64,000 nucleotides of DNA, taken from contig JAOADV010000013.1 of NCBI GenBank assembly GCA_026417135.1, positions 1,142-65,141 of the forward strand. The letters are read 5' to 3'. The first letter of the stretch is position 1, and each line of letters opens with the position of its first letter. Under the pieces are notes generated by a model. It was not told the origin of the DNA. It did not search any database and saw nothing but the letters and a program-made list of their open reading frames with translations. Positions 18,956 to 29,659 of the stretch are shown here, in pieces. The stretch is from Ignavibacteria bacterium. GTDB taxonomy: Bacteria; Bacteroidota; Ignavibacteria; Kapaibacteriales; UBA2268. The position numbers were made by a program, and so were the translations under genes.

Positions 18956-18966
18956 AAGGTTTGGAT

Positions 18967-20226
18967 ATGAGAATTTTGTTTAAAAACATAACTTCGTTGG
19001 TGCGGGTAGCTTGTAAAAACGAGAAATTTAAAGTAGGTCCTTCGATGAAGGATGTATGCGAAATCGAAGATGGAGCTTTAATTTTTTCTGACAAAATCGA
19101 ATGGGTCGGTAAAACTCAAGAATTAGAGCAAAAACTTCAAAATCAAGCTTTGAATATCGACGAGGTTTACGATTTAAATGGGAAAACTGTAATTCCTGGT
19201 TTTGTCGATTCTCATACACATTTCGTCTTTGCTGGGGAACGTTCGAACGAATTCGCAAGAAGAATTGCTGGAGCTACTTATCAAGAAATTGCCAGCGAAG
19301 GCGGTGGTATTTTAGAAACAGTCCGAGCAACAAGGAAAGCCAGCGAAGAGGAATTGTTCGAAATGGCATTAAAACGAATTCTCAAAGCTATCGAATATGG
19401 GACAATTGCATTAGAAATAAAGAGCGGTTACGGACTTGAGCTTGAAACAGAATTGAAGATGTTGCGTGTAATTCAACGATTAAAGGAAGCTTTATCCATC
19501 AATATTGTTTCGACTTTTTTAGGGGCGCACGACTTCCCTCCCGAATATAAGAACAATCGTAGTAAATATATCGATTTGATTTGCGAAGAAATGATACCAG
19601 AGGTAGCAAAGCAAGGTTTAGCAACATATTGCGATTGCTTTATCGATAAAGGTTATTATACCATCGACGAAGGACGAAGAATTTTTGAAAAGGCCTTGGA
19701 GTATGGTTTAAAAATACGCTGCCACGCCGACGAACTTGCCGACGTCGGAGCTGCTAAACTTGCTGCGGAAATTGGAGCAATTTCCGCAGACCATCTTCTT
19801 TTCGTTTCGGACGAAAGCTTGCAAGCAATGAAAAACTCAAATACGATTGCAACATTGCTACCCGGAACGTCCTACTTTATAAAAATGCCCTACGCCCCAG
19901 CAAAAAAAATCTATGAATTGAATATCCCAATTGCAATTTCGACAGATTTTAACCCGGGTTCTTGCTTTACTCAAAATATGCAAATCATACTTTCATTTGC
20001 AACTCTAAACTTAGGTCTGACTTGTGAACAAGCGCTTGTTGCTTCGACTTTGAATTCAGCCGCTGCAATTGAAATGTCCGAGAAGGTTGGAAGTTTAGAA
20101 ATTGGTAAAGATGCAACTTTTTTAGTCTTGGATTGTAAATCGTATATCGATTTATTTTACAATTTTGGTATTAACCATATCGAAAGTGTTTGGATACGAG
20201 GTTCAAAGTTTTCATCCAACAAATAA
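18967..20226 (+). CDS. hutI: imidazolonepropionase (amidohydrolase)
   Basis: GFVDSHTHFVFAGERSNEF, ATYCD and the HutI-type metal ligands. The start is taken at the ATG at 18967. Confidence 0.75.
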   Translation: MRILFKNITSLVRVACKNEKFKVGPSMKDVCEIEDGALIFSDKIEWVGKTQELEQKLQNQALNIDEVYDLNGKTVIPGFVDSHTHFVFAGERSNEFARRIAGATYQEIASEGGGILETVRATRKASEEELFEMALKRILKAIEYGTIALEIKSGYGLELETELKMLRVIQRLKEALSINIVSTFLGAHDFPPEYKNNRSKYIDLICEEMIPEVAKQGLATYCDCFIDKGYYTIDEGRRIFEKALEYGLKIRCHADELADVGAAKLAAEIGAISADHLLFVSDESLQAMKNSNTIATLLPGTSYFIKMPYAPAKKIYELNIPIAISTDFNPGSCFTQNMQIILSFATLNLGLTCEQALVASTLNSAAAIEMSEKVGSLEIGKDATFLVLDCKSYIDLFYNFGINHIESVWIRGSKFSSNK

Positions 20227-20259
20227 AAACAGACTTTTTTTTCGTTTTCTATTCTTGAA

Positions 20260-20300
20260 CAATTTTTCACTAAGTTTTTTTTGTAACTTTGCAATTTTAT
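20260..20300 (+). promoter_or_regulatory. candidate Bacteroidota-type promoter (-7 TAACTTTG) upstream of the act-cox cluster
   Basis: TAACTTTG at 20284..20291 matches the TAnnTTTG -7 consensus ~35 nt upstream of the actA start. This is by pattern only. Confidence 0.2.
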
Positions 20301-20323
20301 AATTTATGATAACAGCGAGGTAG

Positions 20324-20899
20324 GTGGTGTTAAAATCTCAACTTGATTATATCTTAAAGGTAAGAGTTCCTATAGCCGCTTTCGTTGTTGTTGTTACATA
20401 CATTATCACTTTTTTTGTTTCCAAACCTGAACGGGATGGTGTGGGTTATGCCCCCGAGCAACCAATTAACTTCTCTCATAAGTTGCACGCTGGCGATATG
20501 CAAATTGATTGTAAATATTGCCACATAGGAGTCGAAAAGGGTAGGTTTGCTACGATTCCTTCGACAAATATTTGTATGGGCTGCCATAGTGTCGCGCGAA
20601 AGGACAAACCGGAAATTATTAGACTTTCGCAAATGTTTATGGACAATATCCCAATAAAATGGAAACGCATCCATCGGCTCGGCGATTTTGCATACTTCAA
20701 CCATAGCGTCCATATTAATAAAGGAATCGAATGCAAATATTGCCACGGCGAAGTCGAAAAAATGGATGTGGTTCAACAAGTCCATCGACTTACAATGGGG
20801 GCTTGCTTGGATTGTCACCGTAATCCACATAAGAATATGCCCGATTTGAAAGCCCAAGTTAGCAAAGGTCCAGAATACTGTGGCTCTTGTCATAGATAA
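20324..20899 (+). CDS. actA: alternative complex III pentahaem cytochrome c subunit ActA
   Basis: N-terminal TM helix plus five CxxCH motifs (CKYCH, CMGCH, CKYCH, CLDCH, CGSCH) with NrfH-like spacing. It is the first gene of the act cluster and has a GTG start. Confidence 0.8.
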   Translation: MVLKSQLDYILKVRVPIAAFVVVVTYIITFFVSKPERDGVGYAPEQPINFSHKLHAGDMQIDCKYCHIGVEKGRFATIPSTNICMGCHSVARKDKPEIIRLSQMFMDNIPIKWKRIHRLGDFAYFNHSVHINKGIECKYCHGEVEKMDVVQQVHRLTMGACLDCHRNPHKNMPDLKAQVSKGPEYCGSCHR

Positions 20900-20901
20900 G
20901 T

Positions 20902-21102
20902 ATGTTTAAATCCCTGAAAAATATGAAAGATAAAGGTTTATTTAGAAGGTCTTTTGTAAAAAATCTTGGTATTTCAAGTATAACTGCCTATTTGTTTCCA
21001 AAGTTGATAGGAGAGGTCAATCGTCGAATCGATAAAGAAGTTGGGGGCAACTTAACTATCAAAATTCATCCAAATGCTGTTCAAAGAAATAAGAAAGGCT
21101 GA
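20902..21102 (+). CDS. small ORF with twin-arginine-like motif (doubtful)
   Basis: 66 aa. GLFRRSFVKNLGISSITAYLFP resembles a Tat signal, and the ORF fills the whole actA-actB gap. Confidence 0.2.
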   Translation: MFKSLKNMKDKGLFRRSFVKNLGISSITAYLFPKLIGEVNRRIDKEVGGNLTIKIHPNAVQRNKKG

Positions 21103-21104
21103 AT

Positions 21105-24100
21105 ATGGAAGATAAGAGATATTGGAAGTTTTTCGATGAATTACAAGATACAGCAAAGAGCGAAAAGTTAAAACAAGAAGAATTTCCCGAAGGATTAAAA
21201 AGCGACAAAGGTTTTGAGCAAACGCAAGGAATTAATCGGCGTAAATTTTTAGCTTTGACTGCCAGCACAGCTGCAATATTTGCAACCGCTTGTTCGGATT
21301 ATCGAGACAAAGGCTCCATTGTTCCATACAACCAGCAACCAGAAAATATACAAATCGGAAAACCAAACTTTTATGCCTCAACTTGCACAAGTTGCTTAAA
21401 TCATTGTGGAATTTTGATTAAAACACGCGAAGGAAGGCCACTTAAAATCGATGGAAACCCAGACCATCCAATAAATAAAGGTAAAATATGCCCGATTGGG
21501 CAAGCTTCGATTCTTAATCTTTATCACCCAGAACGACTTAGGAAGCCATTAAAAAAGAACGGAAAATCATTTAATGAATTAAATTGGAATACGCTTTTCA
21601 CCGAGATTTTAGCTTCGTTAGAAAAAGCGAGTAATAATGGAAAAATTGTTGCAATACTTTCGCAACCAATCTTTTCCCCAACTTTTGTGAAGTTAATTTA
21701 TATGTTCCAAGCTAAATATCCAACAACAAAAGTTTATACATATTCGTATCTCGAAAGTTATTCGAAAGAACAAGCTTGGGAAGAATTCTATCCTAAGGCT
21801 AAATTGTCGGAGTTCGACTTTTCACGTGCAAATGTAATTTTGGCAATAGAAAGTAACTTTCTTGCTAACGAAGGTAATTTCGTACGTAATATTCAAGATT
21901 TTGTTTCAAAACGCGATATCAATCGCCCAAATGAATTTAGTCGATTTTACTCAGTAGAGACCGATTTAAGTCTAACCGGAGCAAATGCAGATTATAGGAT
22001 ACCTTTGAAAGCTGATTTCCATTACGAATTCCTTGCTACTCTTTTAAATGAGCTTCTAAAAAGAGATTTAAACTACAACCGGGCAATTGTCGAAAAAATA
22101 CAAGGGAAATTTAGTAGGTTCAACTTAGAAGATTTTGCTTCGAAAGCTGGCGTCGATATTAAGTTAGTTAGGAATTTAATAGACGACCTTATACAAAACA
22201 AAGGAAAAACGGCGGTTATCGCAGGCGATTCTCACTTTTACGAAGTACATTTATTGTGCTTATTAATTAATGAAGTCTTAGGTAATTCAAGTATATATAG
22301 AATATGTCCACAACCATCGTTACCAAAGTCCAAACTCTTCGAAATAGAAGAATTGGTAACTTTAATGAATCAAGGCAAAGTCGGGGTCCTTTTCAATTTG
22401 GATACCAACCCAGTTTTTCACTTCCCATCGGATTTAGGTTTCGAAAATGCCCTTTCAAAAGTTGAAAGTGTCGTTTCGTTTGTTGAATTCGAAAGCGAAA
22501 CAGCAAATCGGTCTCATTACATTGTCCCAATATCACACAATTTCGAATCTTGGGGCGATTACTACGATGGAATAGGTTTATTTTCTACAATTCAACCAGT
22601 TATCGAACCTTTGTTTGGCACATATCAAAAGGAGGATTTTCTCCTTTCTCTTGTCCAAAATAAGCTTGAAAGAGGGATTTATCACAAATATCTTAAGTCG
22701 AACTGGCAAGAAAGTTACTTTTCGCAAGAAAAATATGCTGTAGATTTCGAAAAATTTTGGCATTCTGTCTTGCACGATGGAACATTCGAATTGAAACAGA
22801 CATTGATTAACGATTATACTCCAAACTTTGAACTTTTCGATAAGATTGAACATCGATTTGGAACAAAAGATTGGGTTTTAGTAATTAAAAAACCATACTT
22901 TATCGGGGATGGTAAGTTCTTAAACAATGGATGGTTAAACGAATTGCCCCACCCAATAACAAAAGTAACTTGGGATAATTACGCTGGTATTTCGCAATCT
23001 GATGCAAATCGGCTCGGATTGAAAAATGGCGACATCGTCGAGCTTGGCTATGGAAAAAGTAAATTGGAAATTCCGATTTTCGTCGTTCCCGGAATTCCAA
23101 GTAGCAGTGTTGTTATCGAAGCTGGCTTTGGCAGAAAAGAATCGGGTATTGTTGCGGAAAATGTCGGGTTCTACGTTGGGAAAATTCTACAATTCGAAAC
23201 TACGAAAAAGGGATATATTTTCGAGAAAATTTCATTAAATAAAATTAATAAGTCTTACCAAATTGCTACGACTGTCGAACATCATTCTTTGAACGACACT
23301 TTTTACAGTGAATTGCATAAAAAGAGGCATATAATACAAGAAGGTTTGTTGGAAGATTATAAGAATGGGAAGTATCATATACATCGACCACACGAGTTGA
23401 AATCGATTGTCCCCGAAATTAAATATACCGATGTAAAGTGGGCAATGGTTATCGATATGAATAAGTGCGTTGGTTGTGGGGCTTGTATTATGGCTTGCAA
23501 TGTTGAAAATAATATACCAGTTGTTGGGAAAGACCAAGTATTAAGAAGTCGCGAGATGCAATGGATAAGAGTCGATACTTATTTCAGTGGTACAGCTGAA
23601 AATCCGGAAGTGAGTTTCCAAACTATGCTTTGTCAACATTGCGACGACGCCCCGTGCGAAAATGTATGCCCAGTTGTTGCTACTGTCCATAGTAGCGATG
23701 GCCTTAACTTAATGGTCTATAATCGTTGTGTTGGTACACGTTATTGTTCGAATAACTGCCCTTACAAGGTGCGTCGATTTAATTTCTTTGATTTTCGAAG
23801 CCATTTCAAAAATGGGTTGCTTTACAAGGACACATACAAATTGGCAAACAACCCCGAAGTTACCGTTCGTTCCCGTGGTGTTATGGAAAAATGCACTTTT
23901 TGCATTCAACGAATCACCGAAGCCCGACACCAAGCTATTGCCGAAAACAAACCTTTAAGGGGAAACGGTGTTAGAACTGCTTGCCAAGAGGCTTGTCCAG
24001 CTAATGCAATAACTTTTGGCGATATGAACGACAAGGAGTCAGAACTTTATCAACTAAGAAATCATAAACTTGGCTACTATGTTCTCGAAGAATTAAATGT

Positions 24101-24161
24101 TAAACCAAATGTAACATACATTGCAAAATTAAGGAACAAAAAGTCGGAGGTGGGTGCGTGA
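21105..24161 (+). CDS. actB: ACIII subunit ActB (molybdopterin-oxidoreductase-like domain fused to 4Fe-4S ferredoxin domain)
   Basis: Tat signal [20 protein letters not shown] large MopB-like domain without an obvious Mo-ligand context, and a C-terminal PsrB/NrfC-like region with four Cys clusters ([11 protein letters not shown]..., [14 protein letters not shown]..., [12 protein letters not shown]..., CTFC). Confidence 0.85.
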   Translation: MEDKRYWKFFDELQDTAKSEKLKQEEFPEGLKSDKGFEQTQGINRRKFLALTASTAAIFATACSDYRDKGSIVPYNQQPENIQIGKPNFYASTCTSCLNHCGILIKTREGRPLKIDGNPDHPINKGKICPIGQASILNLYHPERLRKPLKKNGKSFNELNWNTLFTEILASLEKASNNGKIVAILSQPIFSPTFVKLIYMFQAKYPTTKVYTYSYLESYSKEQAWEEFYPKAKLSEFDFSRANVILAIESNFLANEGNFVRNIQDFVSKRDINRPNEFSRFYSVETDLSLTGANADYRIPLKADFHYEFLATLLNELLKRDLNYNRAIVEKIQGKFSRFNLEDFASKAGVDIKLVRNLIDDLIQNKGKTAVIAGDSHFYEVHLLCLLINEVLGNSSIYRICPQPSLPKSKLFEIEELVTLMNQGKVGVLFNLDTNPVFHFPSDLGFENALSKVESVVSFVEFESETANRSHYIVPISHNFESWGDYYDGIGLFSTIQPVIEPLFGTYQKEDFLLSLVQNKLERGIYHKYLKSNWQESYFSQEKYAVDFEKFWHSVLHDGTFELKQTLINDYTPNFELFDKIEHRFGTKDWVLVIKKPYFIGDGKFLNNGWLNELPHPITKVTWDNYAGISQSDANRLGLKNGDIVELGYGKSKLEIPIFVVPGIPSSSVVIEAGFGRKESGIVAENVGFYVGKILQFETTKKGYIFEKISLNKINKSYQIATTVEHHSLNDTFYSELHKKRHIIQEGLLEDYKNGKYHIHRPHELKSIVPEIKYTDVKWAMVIDMNKCVGCGACIMACNVENNIPVVGKDQVLRSREMQWIRVDTYFSGTAENPEVSFQTMLCQHCDDAPCENVCPVVATVHSSDGLNLMVYNRCVGTRYCSNNCPYKVRRFNFFDFRSHFKNGLLYKDTYKLANNPEVTVRSRGVMEKCTFCIQRITEARHQAIAENKPLRGNGVRTACQEACPANAITFGDMNDKESELYQLRNHKLGYYVLEELNVKPNVTYIAKLRNKKSEVGA

Positions 24162-25519
24162 GTAGAGATTATGATTACACCATAGAAGCTCCAATAATAG
24201 AGCAAAATCCCTCGCATTCGCATATCAACGATGCAATAGCAAGACCACTCGAAACGAAACCAACTTGGAAATATTACCTTGCCTTGGGGATTTCGACTTC
24301 TATGCTTCTTTTCGGGGTAGTATGCTGGGGCTACACATTTTATTATGGTATTGGTATGTGGGGCAATAACCAACCGATTGGTTGGGCGTTCGACATTGTA
24401 AATTTTGTCTTTTGGATTGGTATTGGACATGCTGGAACACTTATTTCAGCAATTTTGTTTTTGCTTAGGCAACGTTGGCGAACTGGTATAGCAAGGTTTG
24501 CAGAGGCAATGACAATTTTTGCTGTTATTACTGCTGGTCTTTTTCCATTATTTCACGTCGGACGACCTTGGTTGGCTGGGTATCTGTTCCCACTTCCAAA
24601 TCAACATCATCTTTGGATTAATTTTACTTCTCCTCTTATTTGGGATGTTTTCGCAGTTTCTACTTACCTCACGGTCTCTTTCGTTTTTTGGTACATTGGT
24701 CTTATCCCCGATTTTGCAATGCTTCGCGATAGAACAACAAACAAATTTAAAAAGACTATATACTCGATATTAAGCTTTGGATGGAGGCATTCTAATCGAC
24801 ATTGGCATCATTACGAAATGCTTTATCTGGTTTTAGCTGGATTTGCAACCCCACTGGTCCTTTCAGTTCATACGATAGTCAGCTTCGACTTTGCAGTTTC
24901 AATCTTGCCGGGGTGGCACACCACAATTTTCCCACCTTATTTTGTTGCTGGGGCAGTATTTTCTGGTTTTGGAATGGTCCAAAATGTTTTAATAATAATA
25001 CGAAAGGTCTTCGACTTAGAACATATAATTACTATCGACACGCTCGAAAAAATGAACAAGGTAATTCTTGCGACTGGTATGATGGTCGGGTATGCTTATG
25101 CTATAGAATTTTTCATCGCTTGGTATAGCGGAAATCAATTCGAGTCGTTCGTATTTATCAACAGAGCCTTAGGCAATTATGCTTGGGCTTATTGGGTTAT
25201 GGTTTCTTGCAATGTCGTTTTTACTCAATTATTCTGGTTTAAGAAAATTCGTCGGAGCATTATCCCAATGTTTATTATTGGAGTTCTTGTCAATGTCGGT
25301 ATGTGGTTCGAAAGATTCGTTATCGTCGTAACAACATTGTCGAAGGACTTTTTGCCGACAAATTGGGCTTCCTACATACCAACTCTTTACGATACGGGAA
25401 TATTAATTGGAAGCTTCGGACTTTTCTTTACTCTTGTAATTCTTTTTATTAGGACAATGCCAGTGGTTTCGATTTCCGAAGTTAAAGGTGTTGTCGAGAT
25501 TTTTAAAAAACAACACTAA
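24158..25519 (+). CDS. actC: ACIII membrane subunit ActC (NrfD/PsrC-like)
   Basis: Polytopic NrfD-family membrane protein in the canonical position after actB. Confidence 0.8.
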   Translation: MSRDYDYTIEAPIIEQNPSHSHINDAIARPLETKPTWKYYLALGISTSMLLFGVVCWGYTFYYGIGMWGNNQPIGWAFDIVNFVFWIGIGHAGTLISAILFLLRQRWRTGIARFAEAMTIFAVITAGLFPLFHVGRPWLAGYLFPLPNQHHLWINFTSPLIWDVFAVSTYLTVSFVFWYIGLIPDFAMLRDRTTNKFKKTIYSILSFGWRHSNRHWHHYEMLYLVLAGFATPLVLSVHTIVSFDFAVSILPGWHTTIFPPYFVAGAVFSGFGMVQNVLIIIRKVFDLEHIITIDTLEKMNKVILATGMMVGYAYAIEFFIAWYSGNQFESFVFINRALGNYAWAYWVMVSCNVVFTQLFWFKKIRRSIIPMFIIGVLVNVGMWFERFVIVVTTLSKDFLPTNWASYIPTLYDTGILIGSFGLFFTLVILFIRTMPVVSISEVKGVVEIFKKQH

Positions 25520-25528
25520 GAGGTTCCG

Positions 25529-26680
25529 ATGGAAGCAAACAGTTTAAAAAGTAACTTATACGGAGTTTCTGCAATTTTTAGCGATACAAAGAAAATCGCC
25601 GAAATTACTCATAAAGTTGCAGAACTTGGTTATAAAAACTACGATGTTCATTCCTCTTTTCCGATTCACAATCTCCCTAAGAAAATGAAACTTAAATGGT
25701 CCCCCCTTGGGTATATTGCTTTTGTTCTTGGAATAAGTGGGGCGGCGTTCGGTTTGTTCCTTACTTGGTGGACAATGTCGGTGGACTATCCTTTAATTAT
25801 TGGTGGAAAGCCCTGGTTCTCCTTTCCCGCTTTTGTTCCAGTTTTATTTGAACTAACGGTTCTTCTTGCTTCTGTTGGTACTGCGATAGTAATGCTTTTT
25901 ATTATTTTTAAATTTCCAAATCCTAAACATCCATTGCACGATACCGAATATATGAAAAGGGTATCGGTCGATGGGTTTGGAATTGTTATCGAGGCAAAAG
26001 ATGAAAAATTCGATTACGAGAAAATACGGTCACTTTTTTCTGAGTTCGGCGCCGAGAAAATCTTCGATATTTATTATTCTCCCGAAGAATTGAACTACAA
26101 GCCAAAAGTATTCGAGCCAAAGTTTATCGTCTTTCTCATTTTCCTCGTTGTTCTTACTGCCTTCATAGGATATTTCGTTAATAATAAGCTTTTCTATATG
26201 CCACCATTCGACTTTATGCTTTATCAATTTCGAGTTAATCCGCAAGAAGAATCTACTCTTTTCGCCGATGGTTTTGCTATGCGTCCGCCAGTGAAAGGCA
26301 CAGTTGCTCGCGGTCAAAGCTTCTATCAATTTAAAGGACAACCAGAAGAGGCTGCTGCGAATTTGATTAATCCACTTCTTCCTACTGAACAAACGCTTGC
26401 TCTTGGGCAAAAAAAGTTTAATACTTTTTGTAGTCCTTGCCACGGTTGGCGAGGTGAAGGTGATAGCCGACTTAATCAGCAATTTCCAAATCCACCATCT
26501 TTACATACAGACAAAGTCAGAAATTGGACTGATGGAAGAATTTACCATATAATAACCGAAGGACAAAACATTATGCCTTCCTATGCCTCGCAACTTTCCG
26601 AAGAAGAACGTTGGGCAATAATTTTATATATTCGAGCTCTACAACGCTCTTTAAATGCTAAACTGGAGGACGTTCAATGA
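25529..26680 (+). CDS. actDE: fused ActD-ActE (membrane subunit + monohaem cytochrome c)
   Basis: The N-terminal ~200 aa are an ActD-like two-TM protein. The C-terminal ~170 aa are a class-I cytochrome c with CSPCHG and a distal IMPSY Met ligand. Confidence 0.7.
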   Translation: MEANSLKSNLYGVSAIFSDTKKIAEITHKVAELGYKNYDVHSSFPIHNLPKKMKLKWSPLGYIAFVLGISGAAFGLFLTWWTMSVDYPLIIGGKPWFSFPAFVPVLFELTVLLASVGTAIVMLFIIFKFPNPKHPLHDTEYMKRVSVDGFGIVIEAKDEKFDYEKIRSLFSEFGAEKIFDIYYSPEELNYKPKVFEPKFIVFLIFLVVLTAFIGYFVNNKLFYMPPFDFMLYQFRVNPQEESTLFADGFAMRPPVKGTVARGQSFYQFKGQPEEAAANLINPLLPTEQTLALGQKKFNTFCSPCHGWRGEGDSRLNQQFPNPPSLHTDKVRNWTDGRIYHIITEGQNIMPSYASQLSEEERWAIILYIRALQRSLNAKLEDVQ

Positions 26681-27870
26681 CAACATCTTCTGATAATGCT
26701 GTTAATTATGTCAGAAAAACACAAAACCCTAAGTTCCTAACTTTAAGTTTACCGATTTTTGCTATTGGTCTTTTAGGTCTCGTTGCTGGGTTCATCGTTA
26801 ATCCAACACAAGCAAGTTTCAATTTAGTTGTCATAATGGCTTGGTTGTTAAGTATTGGTGTGGGCTCGATGTTTTTCATTGGAATTGAATACCTTAGTGG
26901 AGCCGTATGGAGTGTCCCTTTTCGTAGAATAGCCGAAATAAATTCCTCCTTGATTTTAATAATGCCAATACTTGCAATTCCAATAATTTTAAATATTCAT
27001 TCATTATATCATTGGACACATCAAGATGTTTTGGCAACAGACGAGATTCTACAGAGAAAGTCTCCCTATCTAAACGAAACTTTTTTCATTATTCGCAATA
27101 TCATTTATTACGCTGTATGGGTCATCTTTTACTTTTTATTAACTTACTTTTCTAATAAGCAGGACCTTACAAAAGACCAGCAACTTACTCGCCGCAACAC
27201 AGTCGTTTCGGCTATTTTTATGCCTTTTTTTGCTTTGACATTGACCTTCTTTGCAATTGATTGGCTGATGAGCTTGGAACCACATTGGTATTCGACAATT
27301 TTTGGGGTTTACTATTTTTCGGGGACTGTTCTCGCTGCTATTTCAGCCTTTACTTACATTTCTATAAAATTGAACGAAGAAGGCTATCTCGTCGATAATT
27401 TAAAACCCGACCATTTTTACAGTATGGGAGCTTTGCTTTTTGCTTTCACAAATTTCTGGGCTTACATTGCTTTTAGCCAGTTTATGCTAATTTGGTACGC
27501 AAATTTACCAGAAGAAACCTTTTGGTTTATCAATCGTGGAGTTGGTAGTTGGCTTTATATGTCGATAGGTATTATTTTCGTTAAATTTATAGTTCCATAT
27601 ATATTACTTTTACCACAGCCAGCAAAGATGAACCCATCGCGTCTGAAATTTGCCTCACTTTGGATTCTTTTCGCCCATTATTATGATTTGTTCTGGATTG
27701 TTATGCCAACTTTCAGTAAGGAACGATTAATTTTTGGCTGGATTGAAATTGCTTCTGTTGTTTTTGCTGTTGGAACTATTATGGCAATTTTCCTACTATT
27801 TAGCAAAAATCGTAATCTGGTGCCAATTGGAGACCCCAAGCTTAAAAGAAGTTTGGAATTTCATTTGTAA
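26677..27870 (+). CDS. actF: ACIII membrane subunit ActF (NrfD-like)
   Basis: A second NrfD-family polytopic protein in the canonical ActF position, with a 4-nt overlap with actDE. Confidence 0.75.
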   Translation: MTTSSDNAVNYVRKTQNPKFLTLSLPIFAIGLLGLVAGFIVNPTQASFNLVVIMAWLLSIGVGSMFFIGIEYLSGAVWSVPFRRIAEINSSLILIMPILAIPIILNIHSLYHWTHQDVLATDEILQRKSPYLNETFFIIRNIIYYAVWVIFYFLLTYFSNKQDLTKDQQLTRRNTVVSAIFMPFFALTLTFFAIDWLMSLEPHWYSTIFGVYYFSGTVLAAISAFTYISIKLNEEGYLVDNLKPDHFYSMGALLFAFTNFWAYIAFSQFMLIWYANLPEETFWFINRGVGSWLYMSIGIIFVKFIVPYILLLPQPAKMNPSRLKFASLWILFAHYYDLFWIVMPTFSKERLIFGWIEIASVVFAVGTIMAIFLLFSKNRNLVPIGDPKLKRSLEFHL

Positions 27871-27942
27871 GTAAAATAAAGAAAAAAAATTTGCGTTATT
27901 TTACATTAATTTTTGATTTAACTAAATTTATAATAAAACAAA

Positions 27943-28866
27943 ATGAAACCACTTTTCGATTTCTTTGAAGATGAAATTAATTTTAAAGAAGTTTTCAAGC
28001 ACCCGACCCGCTGGTTTGGGTATATCTTTATCTACTTTGCTTTAATAATTCTTGCACTTGGAATTGCTTACCTAAACGATGTTGACCTTCTCAAAAGAAA
28101 TGTAACGCCTTACAGCGAACCCGACCCAGCAAAGTTATTCCAAGATGTGGAATTAAGTCCCGGCAAAACTGTCGAAGGTGTTTCTTTGGATGAAATAAAG
28201 ACCCCAAATAACGAATTAATTGCACGCGGAGAAGAACTTTATCGGACAACTTGTCAATCTTGCCATGGCGAAAGCGGTAAAGGCGATGGGATTGCAAGTA
28301 TTGGCTTGAACCCCTCGCCAAAGGATTTTACAAAATCGGAAGGATGGAAAAACGGAAGGACAATAACACAAGTGTTCAAGACTTTGCAAGAAGGTATTCC
28401 GGGGAGTGCAATGGTTTCGTATAGTTATCTTAGCACAAAGGATAAAATTGCGTTATACTACTATATTTCAAGATTTGGGCAAGACTTTCCCAAGCCAACA
28501 GACTCCGATTTCGCTGAACTTGATGCAATTTATCAAATAACACAAACAAAGGTGTTGCCACCAACAATTCCTATTCCCTTGGCAATTCAAAAGATTTCGA
28601 ACGAAGCTGGGCAAAAACAGACGGAAAAAGACTTTCTTGCTAAATCTATTTCAAACACACTTTACCCCGATTACACTAAGTTTATCGATAGTCCCGATAA
28701 GCTTGCAACTTTCCTTACAAACTTGGATAATAAAAAAGACCTGCAATTTCTAAGAGACATTGTTTTGCAAAATATCCCGGGAAACGGTGTGAGTGTCTCT
28801 TTTGTATATGCCAATAAAGAAGAAAAAGATAAATTTATCGCCTCTTTAACTAAAATCTTTCAATGA
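27943..28866 (+). CDS. membrane-anchored class I cytochrome c with C-terminal ~130-aa extension
   Basis: N-terminal TM helix, CQSCHGESGKGDG haem site and a GSAM Met ligand. The region after the haem domain has no recognisable similarity. Confidence 0.7.
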   Translation: MKPLFDFFEDEINFKEVFKHPTRWFGYIFIYFALIILALGIAYLNDVDLLKRNVTPYSEPDPAKLFQDVELSPGKTVEGVSLDEIKTPNNELIARGEELYRTTCQSCHGESGKGDGIASIGLNPSPKDFTKSEGWKNGRTITQVFKTLQEGIPGSAMVSYSYLSTKDKIALYYYISRFGQDFPKPTDSDFAELDAIYQITQTKVLPPTIPIPLAIQKISNEAGQKQTEKDFLAKSISNTLYPDYTKFIDSPDKLATFLTNLDNKKDLQFLRDIVLQNIPGNGVSVSFVYANKEEKDKFIASLTKIFQ

Positions 28867-28867
28867 T

Positions 28868-29659
28868 ATGTTTGGATTTATTTTAAATATAGTATTAGTG
28901 ATTTTTATTTTAACCTATCCTTTAAAAAACTTCGCAAATCCCGAAGTTGGGATTGTCGAAAAACTTGGCAACCAAATTCCATTAGATTTAGTTTTCAAGG
29001 ATGAAAGCGGGAATACTGTAAGTCTCCGAGAAATAATAAAAAAACCGACATTGTTGATGTTTGTGTATTATCGGTGCCCCGGGATTTGTAGTCCATTGTT
29101 ATCTGGTGTATCCGAAGCAGTCGATTGGACTGATTTAACGCCAGGTGTGGATTACCAATTACTCACAATAAGTTTCGACCATACTGAAACTTCGGACAAG
29201 GCAAGAAAATGGAAGAAGAACCATCTCGAAGGATTAGAAAAGAAAATCGACGAGAATGCTTGGAAATTTCTTGTTGGGGATAGTGTATCTATAAGAAAAT
29301 TGACAGATGCAGTCGGTTTCTACTTCAAACCAGATGGCAAAGGTGAATATATACATGCGGGAGCAATTTATTCCATTTCCACAGATGGCAAAATTATTCG
29401 ATATCTTTTTGGAACTCAATTCAATCCATTCGATTTTAAGATGGCAATACTCGAAGCGGAAAAAGGAATTGCAATGCCAACCGTAAATCGTATTTTAAAG
29501 TTTTGTTATTCTTTCGACCCCGAAGGCAGACGCTATGTTTTCAATTTTACACGAGTTATTGGAAGCATAATGCTTGTTGCTCTTGCAATTTTTGCTGTTA
29601 TTCTTATAACTTCAAGAAAAAAGGAAAAAAGAGAGGTTTCAAATGTCGAACGAAACTAA
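28868..29659 (+). CDS. SCO1/SenC copper chaperone
   Basis: Thioredoxin-like fold with CPGIC (CxxxC) and a downstream His. N-terminal TM, plus an unusual extra C-terminal TM. Confidence 0.75.
   Translation: MFGFILNIVLVIFILTYPLKNFANPEVGIVEKLGNQIPLDLVFKDESGNTVSLREIIKKPTLLMFVYYRCPGICSPLLSGVSEAVDWTDLTPGVDYQLLTISFDHTETSDKARKWKKNHLEGLEKKIDENAWKFLVGDSVSIRKLTDAVGFYFKPDGKGEYIHAGAIYSISTDGKIIRYLFGTQFNPFDFKMAILEAEKGIAMPTVNRILKFCYSFDPEGRRYVFNFTRVIGSIMLVALAIFAVILITSRKKEKREVSNVERN

Noticed and set aside
22578-23537. Several 66-100-aa minus-strand ORFs inside actB
   Set aside because: Antisense shadows within a strongly supported 1018-aa gene.
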